A DNA stretch of 63,258 nucleotides, counting the filler, from Olpidium bornovanus S191 (lineage: Eukaryota > Fungi > Olpidiomycota), in the NCBI GenBank assembly GCA_017911155.1. It is 29 parts of 29 records of this genome, joined end to end, with 100 filler letters (N's around TTAATTAATTAA, not from the genome) between each part and the next. Parts side by side here need not be neighbours in the genome. Positions count along the whole stretch, not along the records: positions 32,044 to 34,892 come from JAEFCI010004725.1; positions 34,993 to 36,374 come from JAEFCI010001505.1; positions 36,475 to 37,911 come from JAEFCI010007965.1; positions 38,012 to 39,030 come from JAEFCI010004607.1; positions 39,131 to 40,900 come from JAEFCI010001813.1; positions 41,001 to 42,178 come from JAEFCI010006193.1; positions 42,279 to 43,290 come from JAEFCI010009343.1; positions 43,391 to 44,561 come from JAEFCI010008498.1; 21 more parts are not named here. One strand, 5' to 3'. This document shows, piece by piece, positions 33,660 through 46,206 of this stretch; within the stretch, counting starts at the first letter, position 1, and each line of letters opens with the position of its first letter. A model generated the notes under the pieces. The model was not told the DNA's origin and did not search any database. It worked only from the letters and a program-made list of their open reading frames with translations. The position numbers and the translations under genes are program-made.

Positions 33660-33985
33660 TGCTGGTACGGGAAGTGCAACGCCGCCAGCGCCGGGGACGA
33701 CAACGCGGGCGAGAACGCGGACGACATGGACGGGCTCGGCTGGCTCATGGCGGCGTCCGACGGGCGGTGGTGGCGCGCGACGACGCCGTGCTGCTGGTGC
33801 TGGTACTGGTGCTGCTGCTGATGGTGCGCGTGGTGATGCGGAGCGTCCCGGACGGCCGCGGACGCGGCCGGCGCGCCGCCGTCGGGACCTGCGTCGCCGG
33901 CGCGCGAGGCGGCGGCGGCGGCGGCGGCTGGCGCCGCATCGGCAGCCGCCGCTCCGGCCGCCTCGCTCGTGTTCCCGGTTGCCAT
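32221..33985 (-). CDS. TAO3: Cell morphogenesis protein Tao3/Pag1/Mor2 (Furry family), first two exons
   Basis: ATG 33985. TPAEYTLHTLFSEFYKEAEAKL, then the intron 32680-32388, then PDITSVLGPGVDPSFDTLLKSLGAIARHRPKPVIDAVMLWRKGKS. Confidence 0.88.
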
Positions 33986-36900
33986 CGGAAACTCACGGTC
34001 CGCGCGACGGACGACACCGCGATGACGAACGATATGAGGATGACGGTGTGCGCGGGGAAGCGTCCGTCGAGTGGGCGAGGACGCCCGGCGCGCATCACCC
34101 GCCTCCCCCACACCCGCCGTGCCCACGAACGCGTTCTCCGCACGCGCTCTCGCCGCACTCGCTCGGCTTTCCCCGGCAACCCCCGCCGCGCGATCCGCGG
34201 AGAGACGGGGAGAGGTCGCCGCGGACGAGCACACACACTCTTTCTCTCTGTTTTCTGCTCCTGTGCGGAGGTGGGCCGCCGCGAAGGGTGGGCGGAAGGA
34301 GGGGAAGTGCAGAAAATGAAGGGCAGCTGCGGACGCTTCCCGGCCCCGCCTTCCCCAGGCCGTAGTTGAGGTCACCCCCGTCCAGCAACCCCATACAGAA
34401 AGGGCACTGGCGCAGGCGGCTCGGATGCAAAACAGACACGGAAAAAAGCTTCTCGTACCGTTCGCAGACTACCGGGCGAGAGCCAGCCGGGCAGTCCGCA
34501 CGCGCCGCCGGGCCATCTTGAATATACGCCTCTGCTAAATCGCCCGTCTTTCGGGTTAGCGTCAGGCTGGCACCAGCGATCCAGCCGCCCGTCAGGTTCT
34601 CATATGCCTTCCCCCTTCCTTAACGGGGAACCGCCTGTGGACCAGCGCTGTGGAAACAAATCCGAAATAGGCGTGGTAAAGCAGCGGCGAATCTCCAAGA
34701 AAACCGAGCATGAATTTCCCAGAGTGGGCTTATTTCCCGAAATTGGAAGTGCTCTAATGACGGGTACCTGACATGGAGTTGGAGTGGCCCTGTCACCAAC
34801 ATCCCTGGCCACGTGATGTCTTCGTCGTGAGGGCTTCGGCGTAGACAGTCTTCCCTTTTTCCTGCCACTCCCGATTCAGAACTCAGAACACANNNNNNNN
34901 NNNNNNNNNNNNNNNNNNNNNNNNNNNNNNNNNNNNTTAATTAATTAANNNNNNNNNNNNNNNNNNNNNNNNNNNNNNNNNNNNNNNNNNNNACGCGCAC
35001 CGCTCTCGGCCGCCCCTTCCGTCGAGCGGCTCGAGGAGCACCGTGAAAGTCGGAACGTGGCCACAGAACCGCCCCTTGAACGAACGGTTTATGACTGCAG
35101 CAGCATACACATGTAAAAAAGATTGGGAATTCTGAGGACGCTGGGCTAGTGATACAGATTTCCGACATGTTTACTCAAGGGTAACCGATAACAGGTGAGC
35201 TAAACCTACCAGTTATAGTATGTCTACATTTAAATGCATTATTCATCCGGGCTCGACAGCGAGCGCGCTGCGTTACACGGAGATTCCACGGCTGCTTTTT
35301 ACGCGAATTCATACACCGCCTCTTCGCACCCGGGCGGGCTGGGTTCGCGCGTCCCCGCAAGAGTTTAGAATACCCGGGACGTCGACTTGCAAGCAGTGGA
35401 TCTCAGCTTGCACCGCAACCAACCGGCCAGAAACAAAAGACGAGATAGTAACGCGGGAGGGGGGGAAGGGGGCAGTGACACCAAGGTATGAATTAAATTG
35501 GGGTATGGGAAGAGTAGGTGGAAAGGTTGATGGATGAATTCCCGGCAGCGAAAATCGACACAACCAACTGACTCAGAGTCGTCGGGAAGGTCCCGGCAGC
35601 GTACGCACAAAAAAAAGACAATTCGTATGAAACTGCGGGTTTCAGGGAAAGAGTTTACACGCGCAGAATTTTTGCCGACACGGGGCCATCTGCTCCCGGC
35701 CTTTTGTTGATTTCCTGCCGGATCTACGGGGGGACGAAAGGGGGTTCGCGCATGCTGTGGCTCAGCCGCCCTGCCACCGCCCCCCCTCCCACTTTTGTGG
35801 GCGTTGCGGCGAAAAGTTCCTCTGCGTTGTATTCGATATCGGAACAACGGTACTACTTAGGTACGCACAGCCGGAACACCCCCACCATCGAGCGAGAGTT
35901 TGAGACGCACCCAATGCTAAGGAAGGGTAAAACGTGAGAGTGAAATGGGGGAGAAAAAATGGAAGAGAACCATTTGCACGATGGCAAAGGACCCATCCGA
36001 CCGCCTTCCGTCATCTGACTTCATCGTGTTGGCTCTTTCCCTAATCCTGAATGGCGAGCGAACTTGCAACGGATGTTAGCGTGCCGAGCTCGGAGTCATC
36101 CGGTTGAGACTGAGGCCGTCACGGAAAATGACGTACGCGATATACGGCGGGCCTTTAGTAGATTCATCAGCCAGGTTATGCGGCGACGGCACGGCTTGGA
36201 CGACGATTCGATTGTCTGCTACGCGTTCGCGGACGCAGAGATGGCGATTTCCACATGTTTATTGCGCGTCGATCCGCGTCGATCCATCCGCGCGTCACAG
36301 GCCACCGCACGCCCGCCCGCGAGCCAAATCCCGCGCGTTCATCGGGGCAGCTCGCCGGCGCCGGATCGCGCGGCNNNNNNNNNNNNNNNNNNNNNNNNNN
36401 NNNNNNNNNNNNNNNNNNTTAATTAATTAANNNNNNNNNNNNNNNNNNNNNNNNNNNNNNNNNNNNNNNNNNNNACGCTGCCGCTTGGGCCGGTGCTCTC
36501 GCTCTCCTCGCCCCGGCCGGATGCCGGGGCAGCGCGCTCCCACCCCCGCACCTCACGTAGGATCCGCCTCCCAAGGTTTGTCAGATAGGCCCCCGTCTCC
36601 CTCCCACTCCCGCACGCCTCCCCGCACACCCCGGCACACCCCCGCACACCTCTCCACATCCTCATCCCTCACATCATGCCTCTCCCCTCACTCCGCTCCC
36701 CTCCCCTCTCCCGAACTCGCTCCTTTCTTTACTCCCATCCTCACTTTCAGCCGTCTCAACCCTCCTCTCGCCATCCCTTCGCCTCCACAGACACCAATGT
36801 ACTTATGTACTTACTTATATAGCGGCCATTCTTTCCGAACGTTACCAACTTAACCCCTCCTCCTCCTCCAACCCCCTCCTACATCGCGCGCACCCGCCCT

Positions 36901-37233
36901 GATACCGCTGCACAAAATTAGCACAAGCGTGGTTCCGAACAGAGGAATTCACCCTCCACTTTTGAGGCGAAAGGGGCCAATGATCTTGCGCAATTAGCTG
37001 CGCCTTCACCGAAAATCTACAATGCCGCAAACAGGATACATTGCAGAAGCTGCACGTCAAAGGCCCTTTACCCGCCCCGTTGTCCATGGCCAGCGGCAGC
37101 CGGCAGGGCAAAGGCGGTTGTTTTGCGTGTTACAGATTTGGTTCGATTCGGTTTTTTGGGGATTTTTATTCGCGGCTGCCTCTGGTTTCCGGGGAGGCGC
37201 GCGTCTCCGGGTCACGTGCCGGGACGCGCCCCG

Positions 37234-37350
37234 CCGCACCCGCACCCGCACCCGCACCCGCACCCGCACCCGCACCCGCACCCGCACCCGCACCAGCACC
37301 CGCACCCGCACCCGCACCCGCACCCGCACCCGCACCCGCACCCGCACCCG
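37234..37350. repeat. (GCACCC)n hexamer microsatellite
   Basis: About 19 copies with one variant; possibly a coding Pro-Ala run. Confidence 0.95.
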
Positions 37351-38011
37351 CCGGGAACGAGGGCGCTGTGAAAGACGAGGAGGCGCAGGGGGAACGCGGC
37401 CGAAGGGACAAAGGGACCGGTGGCGGCGACGGCGACCCGGCAGGAAGGAGGACGAAGCGGCCGAGGAAAGGAGCAGAGAAAACGGAGACGACTTGCTGGG
37501 GCGGAGGGAACGCGATCAGTGGGTCCGCCCCCCCCCCACCACCACCCAACCCGCTCCGCCCGTTACGCAGAGGGGAGAAGCTGCCCTCGTGGTGTGCCTC
37601 AGTGCGCGGCGCCGGGCCGCTGCGAGCGCTTACGCCACGCCCCCCACCGGTACAGCCTGCCCTGCGCGCGGCCGCTGTTGGTCAGTTGCAGTCGTCCGCC
37701 GATGCTGATCGCGCAAAGCCGAGCTCAAAAAGGTAGCGTGTAAAACCCCCCTGCGCCCGCTCTTCTCCTTCCCCCCACCTGCTTCCGGCGCCGCCCCGCG
37801 CTCGCTGGCCCGCTGGCACGCTTCTCCGTCGGGGTGAGCTGCGCGCCAGGCCCCTTGGTGCCGTTTGCCACAGTCAAAAATACCGGAAGCGCTGTTGTGG
37901 CCTGTTTGAGGNNNNNNNNNNNNNNNNNNNNNNNNNNNNNNNNNNNNNNNNNNNNTTAATTAATTAANNNNNNNNNNNNNNNNNNNNNNNNNNNNNNNNN
38001 NNNNNNNNNNN

Positions 38012-39030
38012 AGCGTTCTCCTCTTCCAAGAGGTCTCCCCAACGGTGGAGAAAGAGTCGACAGAACTCGGTGAAGTTGGGCACCGATCCCGCCAGACTCT
38101 GATACCACGCGGCAGCTTCGTCCACGAGCATGCGAGGCGCTACGGCTACGTTAGCGAGTGTCGGTATGTTGATCTGGGGACATCCGGATAAGCAACAAGG
38201 GAAAGAAACGGAAACGACAAAAAAAAAAAAAAAAAAAAAAAGAGAAAGCGAAGAGCAATTTTTTTTTTCGCACAGCTCCAGCATATATTATCAGAATTTC
38301 AAGTGACGACGTGGGCGAAGCCAGGATAAGGCGGCACCCGCAGAGGAAGGTGGCTGCCCAAATCTGTGGACGCGACGGCGGTGACGACGAACAGAACGGT
38401 GGACGTGCTTCGTGCATGCACAAGGACCATCCTGTTTCCCCCCCCCCCCACCACCCGCGGCCCCGCGGGGAGCCGTGCGAGGAACCGCGGATCTGTGGTT
38501 CAATCAAGTTTCCCGACGGTCGGCGTCGGGGCGGGATGACACTTGCTCCTGGGCCGGTTCACGGTTTTAGTTGGGGGGGTGGGACCGACTGGCCCGGGCG
38601 TATTTCTCGCCCCGGTTGCTGTTCGGGTGGACTTTCGACGTGGCAGGCCGCCCGTGATTTTGAGCATTCCGAAGGCGCGGACCGTCGCAATGCCGCTGTT
38701 TTGGCCGTGGAGCCGGCGGCCTCGCCGGGGACTAGAGTCGCGCGGAAGGCGGCGCCCTGAAACGGCGCTCCGTTGACGGAAAACACGCCGCGCGCTTCCT
38801 GGTCTGGATCTGCGGCTGATTTCTCGATGTGCGTCAGCCATTCCCACAGTCGGTCGTTGTCGCACGGCCCCGCGTTGGGATCGCTGCCCGCTGGCGCCGC
38901 GTGAGGCAGCCAGTTATAGTCTTGTTCATAATAAGCGTGCGCTGATGGCGTTTGCTTTTGCGGCTGCTGCGCTTGCAATGCGCTCAGGTCAGCCAGCTGC
39001 AAAGACAACGTCCTCACTTGGTGCATCATG
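38012..39030 (-). mobile_element. Ty3-type Gag-like remnant in two segments
   Basis: DRLWEWLTHIEK (about 38850-38820) and INIPTLANVAVAPRMLVDEAAAWYQSLAGSVPNFTEFCRLFLHRW (about 38175-38012) resemble Ty3 capsid helices. Confidence 0.55.
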
Positions 39031-39248
39031 NNNNNNNNNNNNNNNNNNNNNNNNNNNNNNNNNNNNNNNNNNNNTTAATTAATTAANNNNNNNNNNNNNN
39101 NNNNNNNNNNNNNNNNNNNNNNNNNNNNNNCAAACTCGTCTTTCACTTCCCGCTGGGTACCAAACTTAAACGGGCAAATTAATTAGAAAAGACGATCGGC
39201 ATTTAAGATGCCAGTTTGCCATTCAGGCAACGCTCAGGGTTTACTTAC

Positions 39249-40559
39249 ATGTATTGCTGGATCGGCCTCAGCGGCGACCGACCTGTTAGGCGAGACGTGG
39301 CGCGCTGCGGTGGGCACAGGTGCCGCCATCCGATAATCCGCACTCTCCGTGTCTACCAAGATGTGGACGTTTTTGTTGTCATCTGTCGACTGCAGTTGGT
39401 TAAAAATGTAATGTACTATCGCCTGCTGGGTATTCGACGTTTGGAGTTTGCGCTTGACGTCTGCTTGCACGCATACGGGCGCGTTCCTATCATTGACCAT
39501 ACGGTCAGAGCAGATGGCGTGCAACTAACCTGGCAGACGACGCAAAATTTCTCTGCATTTACCAGAAAAGTGTTACTACAGCATTTTTGCTGGCTTCTCT
39601 CACGTCTTCGCTCGGATGCTCAAGCAAATTGATTAAGTTTGGCATGTACGGCCGTACTAAAAATCCGGGAATTTGCCTGACACATTGAGTCAGCAAGTGA
39701 ATTGCCTGCATGTAAGAAAAGGATGTTAGAGGATTCTCCACTTGGACAATACCGTGAAAACGGTCGAGATCCTCATGTATAATCCATGCAAACTGCTATC
39801 AGCCCCCGGCTTTCCGTTATCGTTCCCACCTCCTCGTGGACTTTTGCGGATTTGTGACCGAATATCGCGTTCTTAAACGCATCCTCCAGGGATGCGAGCA
39901 GCGTGACTGACGTCGAAACGGTCGCATGGTGCTCCCCCAATGACGAAGATACCAACCAGAACTGTACCAAGACATCACGTGCCAGCTCGCGCGTCCTGTC
40001 GCGCGCGTCGGCCAAGCGGTCTATAACGGGGTGGAGGAGTTGCGGAAGTACGTGGGTTTTTAACATGCCAGGCGCTTCCCGCTGAACTTCGGCCACCAAC
40101 GGCCCGAGAACGGAAATCGCCGCCGTCGACAAGTTCTGATTCGAAGCGTTGACCGGCCGCGTCACGGCGCTGATAAGTTCATGGAGCATGTCAGCCTGGT
40201 TGTTAAAGGAAGAGTAAAGGAAGAGGCGGAAAATTTGAGAACACAACGCGTGGGAGAGGCCTCCGTCTGACGTCTAAGAAGCAAGAGCTTTGAGGTTAAG
40301 AAGCAAGAGCTTTGAGGTCAGGAGTACCTCGAAATGAACAGTCCTCGCCTCCAACGCGTCGCGAAACGCAGAAAGCACTTCCAACTTGTGGCCTACAGGT
40401 GCAAAGAACCGCAAGCGGTCAGTAACCCTCGTGTCGCGCGTACACAGCTGCGCCGTCGCCAGCGCCCTCGTCCAAGAACCCAACAGCCAAGAACTTGGCA
40501 GCGGGGGCCCCACCTGACGCGCTGTGCCTCAGGGTGCGGACGACGTAGTCGAAATCCAT
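39249..40559 (-). CDS. STU1: CLASP/Stu1 microtubule-associated protein, N-terminal TOG exons
   Basis: MDFDYVVRTLRHSAS|GHKLEVL...; DRLADARDRTRELARDVLVQFW; FGHKSAKVHEE; VRPYMPNLINLLEHPSEDVREASKNAVVTLF. GT-AG introns. Confidence 0.85.
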
Positions 40560-42027
40560 GGCGGCGGCCTGGCGCACCCCGTGCTGTCGCCCGTTTCTGC
40601 CGTGCTGTCGCCCTCCCTCTCGCCTCGGACGACTGCGGAAAGTCGCGAGAGGGGGGGGGGGGAAGGGGTGGTGCGCGTTCCGTTAAAAAAGTGGACCCTG
40701 TGAGAGAGAGGGCAGCGGGCCGACGACGAGCACGGAAACGAGCACGTGACTGCCCATTCGGAAAGGGGGGGGGTCTCCATCGAAGCCGACGATCACGTGG
40801 GCCGTCCTGCAATTCACATGTCCACCCCGCCGCGATCCACATGTCCAGCATCCGGAGGCAAGAGGTTGCCACCGCAAATTGTCGTGCGGCGGTGGCACAA
40901 NNNNNNNNNNNNNNNNNNNNNNNNNNNNNNNNNNNNNNNNNNNNTTAATTAATTAANNNNNNNNNNNNNNNNNNNNNNNNNNNNNNNNNNNNNNNNNNNN
41001 CGATGAAGCTGTCGACGCCATTGAGTTAGGGTTAGGGCATTGCCAAATTCTGCGTGTCCGCTGCCGATGATGTCTAAATTGGGTTTCGCTTCTGGCTGAT
41101 TATCTTGCCAGCCCGCCATGCCTTCGCCCCACAGCAGCTCCTTATTTTCTTTTTTTTTTTCCGGCCTTGCTCCAATCGATTAACCCAATCCCGAAGCGCT
41201 GTCTGCCGTGGAATGCAGGGCAATGCCAAACTTAAGTTTATTCATGTAAAAGAAAAATGCCTTGTCAACCGACCAGAGAAACGCCGCAGTTCGTCCGTTT
41301 CGTTTTTGGCCTCTGGCCGACGCGCTTGCAACAAAGTCCAAAGGCGAACATTTTCCGGATGAACGCCTGCAGACCTTTGCTATCGCAGCTGATTCGTTGG
41401 GGGAAGGGGGGGGGGGGGGGGGGGGGTGATAAACCTGCAGGGTCAACCAATTCGGGGCGTTCCCGGTTCTCCAGTTTTTCCCTTCCTTCAAAACGGGCCG
41501 CAGCAGTTTCCTGGTTTTGCTCAACTATCGCAATCGGCACAGGTGTCTTACCGATGGTCCTGGCGCGCTGCTCAACCCGACGGCAGTCGTTTTTGCTTTC
41601 GAGCCAGGAGGAGAAAGGTCAGAGAGACGAAGGGAGGGGGGGAAGGCGGCGTCGCCGACGACCCTCTTCTCTGCCCACAGGTGTCGAAGAGCCACCGCAC
41701 GGCTCGCGGGAGCGAAAAAGGGTGCGCGGGCAACCGGCCTGTGCCAGCGGTTGGGGCGTAGTCTAGGCGCTCCCAACGGCCCGGACCACGAGGCACGGCT
41801 CCCCTTAGCAGTGGCGGGCGCCGCACTTGTTTGCATTTTTTTTGCTTTTGGCGTCGGCAGCGACAAGAACCCCGGGGGGAAGAAGAAGGGGGAACTTCTG
41901 GCGAACAAAGGCAAAAGGGCGCGGCACGGCGGGCCGCGGCGGGCGTCGTCGTTCGTCCGGCGCGTGCGCCGGTGGAGCGGGGCCGCAGCGTTGGAGGGGA
42001 GGGTGGCAGGAGAAGCAAACAACGGCG

Positions 42028-42062
<35 letters not shown>

Positions 42063-42278
42063 CGAAGTCGCGTGCCGGGACGCGCGCCCCGCCCGCGCCG
42101 CCCGCCGGAAACGAGGTCGCTCTGAGAGACCAGGCGCGCGAAGAACTCGGCGGGAGAAGACGAGGAGAAGGACAAGGCNNNNNNNNNNNNNNNNNNNNNN
42201 NNNNNNNNNNNNNNNNNNNNNNTTAATTAATTAANNNNNNNNNNNNNNNNNNNNNNNNNNNNNNNNNNNNNNNNNNNN

Positions 42279-42342
<64 letters not shown>

Positions 42343-42390
42343 GGGTGGAGGGTAGCGATGTTTTGCTTTTTTCTTTTTCTTTGTTGGTCA

Positions 42391-42615
42391 CTACCGGCGG
42401 CGGCGGTGGGGCTCCTCCCGCGGCCGCGGCTGCCGCTCCTCCTGCCCCTCCCGCTCCAACTCCGGCTCCAGCTCGTCTTCGTCGTCTGCGCCGTCCCGCG
42501 CCGCGTCGTCCCTCCTCTTCCTCTTCGCCTCCTCGTCGGTCTTTGCGATCACGCGCTTGATGTCGGGCAGGTCCGCCGCGGCGAACCCGACGGAGGACGG
42601 CGGCCTGCGGAGCAT
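42391..42615 (-). CDS. CDC26: APC/C subunit Cdc26-like small protein (74 aa)
   Basis: The N-terminus MLRRPPSSVGFAAADL resembles Cdc26 MLRR.PT.I.L...DI and is followed by a charged tail. Confidence 0.62.
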   Translation of the reverse strand: MLRRPPSSVGFAAADLPDIKRVIAKTDEEAKRKRRDDAARDGADDEDELEPELEREGQEERQPRPREEPHRRRR

Positions 42616-43222
42616 GCGGTCTTGCCGGCGTGGGGTCGCGGCCGGGTTCGCCGGTGGGCAGTGGGGGCCGCGGTCGGCGGCGGACACAGGGAAGGGCGTG
42701 TGTGCTGCGTGTGTGCGTGCCTGGCGACAGCGGGCGGGCGGCGAGAGGAGTTGGGGAAGCACGCAAAAAGTGGGGGCAGAAGGGCGCGCGCGCTCCTTCG
42801 GCCCCGGCGGTGAGTCTCCGCCGCAAAATCCCCCGCTTCCCCAACCAACCAACCAAAAAAGAAAACAAAAAAAAAAAATTCGACCTCCAACAACGCATCT
42901 TCCGGTTACCCTATCATCCGGCGGTCAATGCAACGGAGGGGAAAACAAGCAGTTTTCAGGTGACGTACGGGTGCGTTTCCGACGACGCCCCCCGTAATCA
43001 AACCTGACTTTGCGTTCAGCAGTGCGCCGTTGCCGCCCCGCCGTTCATGCGCATACAGAAGGCGTTTCGACGGCCGGCGGCGGCGTCTCAGAGCCGCCGG
43101 TCGCGTTCAACTCGGTTGCGGAGCGAGGAAAGAAAATCTTTACGTTCATCATCTGCAGACCTCCGGTGGCATGGTATTTACAAGCAGTTCTGTATGCTAT
43201 GGTGCACGTCCGCGACGAATTT

Positions 43223-43290
43223 CGCTAATTTGGGAGAATTTCTGGAAGCAAAGCGAAAGACACGCTAATCTGGGAGAATTTCTGGAAGCA
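43223..43290. repeat. 40-bp minisatellite cut by the contig end
   Basis: CGCTAAT(T/C)TGGGAGAATTTCTGGAAGCA repeats at 43223 and 43263. Confidence 0.85.
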
Positions 43291-44148
43291 NNNNNNNNNN
43301 NNNNNNNNNNNNNNNNNNNNNNNNNNNNNNNNNNTTAATTAATTAANNNNNNNNNNNNNNNNNNNNNNNNNNNNNNNNNNNNNNNNNNNNCTCTCTCTCT
43401 CTCTCTCTCTCGCGCTCGCTCTCTCTCTCTCTCTCTCTCTCCCCCTCGCTCTCTCTCCCCTTTTTTCTCCTCTCTCTTTCTCTCTCTGTTTCATATTTTC
43501 ATAATTTTTATTTTTGTAGCAGGCCTCTCTGGGAGGCCGGCCTGGCCGGCTTGCCAGGGCCAAAAGCGTCAGGATCCACTGAAGCACAAGCCGACGGATG
43601 GGCCGCATCGTAAAGGTCCAGCCACGACATTTGACATACCGGCACGTATTTAGCATAGACACTACGTATTTTTTTTTGTTGACTTCTTTTTAATGTTATC
43701 ACGCCCTTCCTCCCACCCAAACCCCCCCCCCCCCTCCCCCCCCCAAATACTTTTTTTAGATACCGCGCGCCCGGGCGTCTTTTTTTTTTTTTTTTTTTAC
43801 TTTTCGCATAATATCCTCTTTTTTTTGGACCCGGGGAGCCTTTTCCCTGGTTACCCCCCTCTCCCGGCCACTCTTTCCCCGTCGGTTAAACCCAAGGGTT
43901 TAATTACAGCGGCACCACACATCCACCTCCACCTTTGTATTTTCCTTTTTGTTTGTTTTTTTTTTTTTTTTTTTTTTTTGTTTTCTTTTCCTGTTTACTT
44001 TTCCTATCGCCCAAAACGCCACAACGAAAACAAAATAAAAAAAAGGAAACGGCGCGCGCGACAGAAAACCGACATTTCCGGGTCCGAATGTGGAGAAGCG
44101 ACAAAACAAAACGCACGGCTCGATTCGTCGCAAAAACAAAAAAAAAAA

Positions 44149-44197
<49 letters not shown>

Positions 44198-44297
44198 GCT
44201 TACGCGCACAGCTTGAAGGGGGTTGATTTTTTTTTTTTTTTTTTTTTTTTTCAACCAGACATTGGCCCGGTGATCGCTGGTGCAAAAAAAAAAAAAA

Positions 44298-44561
44298 GCT
44301 TTTGCGACATCTGCATAGCTTACTCGACGGCTCGCAAGCGGCTGCTGCATAGTCACGACGTGGGTAACAGCATTATATTCAGAGCACCGCCCCATTATGA
44401 TGTCTATACGGAGCGGACCCAAAGGGCGGGACAGATCCTGCATGATTGTGTCTGGAAGCTGAACGAGACAATATATAGACTAAAGCAGTCAGCCGGTAAA
44501 TGAAACAAGCAACTGGATACCTAACTACAGTCACTTGATTCCAAGTCAAATTACACAAGAA
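44298..44561 (+). mobile_element. Degenerate Ty1/copia reverse transcriptase remnant
   Basis: CDICIAY...IIFRAPPHY...VWKLNETIYRLKQSAGK*NKQLD resembles the copia RT pattern D...AYL...IYM..P.G...V.KL.K.LYGLKQ...WN. Confidence 0.7.
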
Positions 44562-44661
44562 NNNNNNNNNNNNNNNNNNNNNNNNNNNNNNNNNNNNNNN
44601 NNNNNTTAATTAATTAANNNNNNNNNNNNNNNNNNNNNNNNNNNNNNNNNNNNNNNNNNNN

Positions 44662-44701
<40 letters not shown>

Positions 44702-44811
44702 CCCCCCCCCCCCCCCCCCCCCGCCCCCCCCCCCCCCCCCCCCGCCCGGAAAAAAAAAAAAAAAAAAAAAAAAAAAAACGCCTCCCCCGCCGCCGCTTGT
44801 TCTACCGCAAG

Positions 44812-45292
44812 CAGAACCGGCGCCGCAAACGACGTCCGCGGTCTTCCCAAGAAAGGCGGCGCGGGTCACGGCAACTGGGGCGTCGCGGGCGTCGAGGAAG
44901 CGACGGAGCTCGGTGTCGAAGGGCACACGCAGTACGTTTTTTGACTGCAAAGCGCAGCCGGGAGAACAAGCCGACCGTTTGCTTCGGCGCCCGCTCGAAA
45001 AACCCTAGCGCGACGTAAAAACTTGACGCTCCCGATGGACGGACCTAAAATTCGTCGCGCGGTAACTGCGCATTTTCGGCCGCGGGAAAATACCTCGAAC
45101 GCACGAACACGGGGGCATAAAAAAAAATAAAATGAAACGAACACATAAAGCGTGCGCGGGACCGCCAAGATCGTGATTGACGACGAGAAGGTCGACGAGT
45201 ATCAGACGCACGAACCCCCCAAGAAGATCAACGTCGTCGACTCCGCGGATTTTGAGAAGCTCAAGGGGGCCGCCAACGCCGCGAGCAAATGA
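44812..45292 (+). CDS. Small STF2/TMA10-like (HABP4/PAI-RBP1-related) protein, last two exons
   Basis: RTGAANDVRGLPKKGGAGHGNWG, then an intron, then IVIDDEK...KKINVVDSADFEKLK; TGA 45290-45292. Confidence 0.72.
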
Positions 45293-45365
45293 ACGAGAAG
45301 TCGCAGGTCGGCCAGGATTGCTTCTATGAGAGTTCTTGCTGGAGAGTGAGCGGCTTTGTGGCGTT

Positions 45366-45433
45366 TTAGCTGACGGACTGCGCCTCGTTAGCTGGCGGAT
45401 TAAGCCTCGTTAGCTGACGGACTGCGCCTCGTT
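45366..45433. repeat. 22-bp tandem repeat, 3 copies, downstream of the STF2-like stop
   Basis: TTAGCTGACGGACTGCGCCTCG, TTAGCTGGCGGATTAAGCCTCG, TTAGCTGACGGACTGCGCCTCG. Confidence 0.9.
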
Positions 45434-45890
45434 CCCGCGCAAGAGGAAGTGTGTGTGTGTGGGGGGGGGAGGGGGAATGGGTGGTGGTGGTAGTAGATGA
45501 AAGAGACTGATTCGCCATGATTGATGCGCTTTTACGATGTGTTGTGTCCCGCCTTTCTCACATTAAACGCCGAACGACAACGCGGGCAGCGTACATTGCC
45601 GGTGCCGTTTCTCGGTCGAGCCGGATCGCATGGAACATATTTTCCCATCAGTCTTTCCTACGGCCGTCATCATGGGCGAAAAGTTTGTCGCCACCCGGCG
45701 CCTCGCCCCCCTCATTCGCGGTTTCCTGCGGGATCAACGAGATAGCCGTTCGCGGAGTAGGAATTTTACTTTAGACGGACCTGAGTCGCGNNNNNNNNNN
45801 NNNNNNNNNNNNNNNNNNNNNNNNNNNNNNNNNNTTAATTAATTAANNNNNNNNNNNNNNNNNNNNNNNNNNNNNNNNNNNNNNNNNNNN

Positions 45891-46171
45891 ACAATGCTGC
45901 GCCTGATACGAGGAAGAGCAAGAGAAAAAAAATGCCGTGAGGAATCGGGCGCTCTTAGACCGCCGGCCGTCAGCGGTTCGGGAGAAAATCTTTTTCATTT
46001 CCGTCGCATGTACCCGATGATGCTGTGCGGACCAAAAAGCGTGATATGTTGGTCGGTGCGAGAAAGCCGGGCTGTACCGTCGTCGTCCGCCGTGATGTTG
46101 CCTAGATCGCCGACCTGCTCGATAAAGTAGCGCGGGAGAAAACGGGAGGGGAAAGGGGGGGGGGGGGGGGG

Positions 46172-46206
<35 letters not shown>

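Noticed and set aside
41026-41037. TTAGGG telomeric repeat
   Set aside because: Only two copies, in an internal position.
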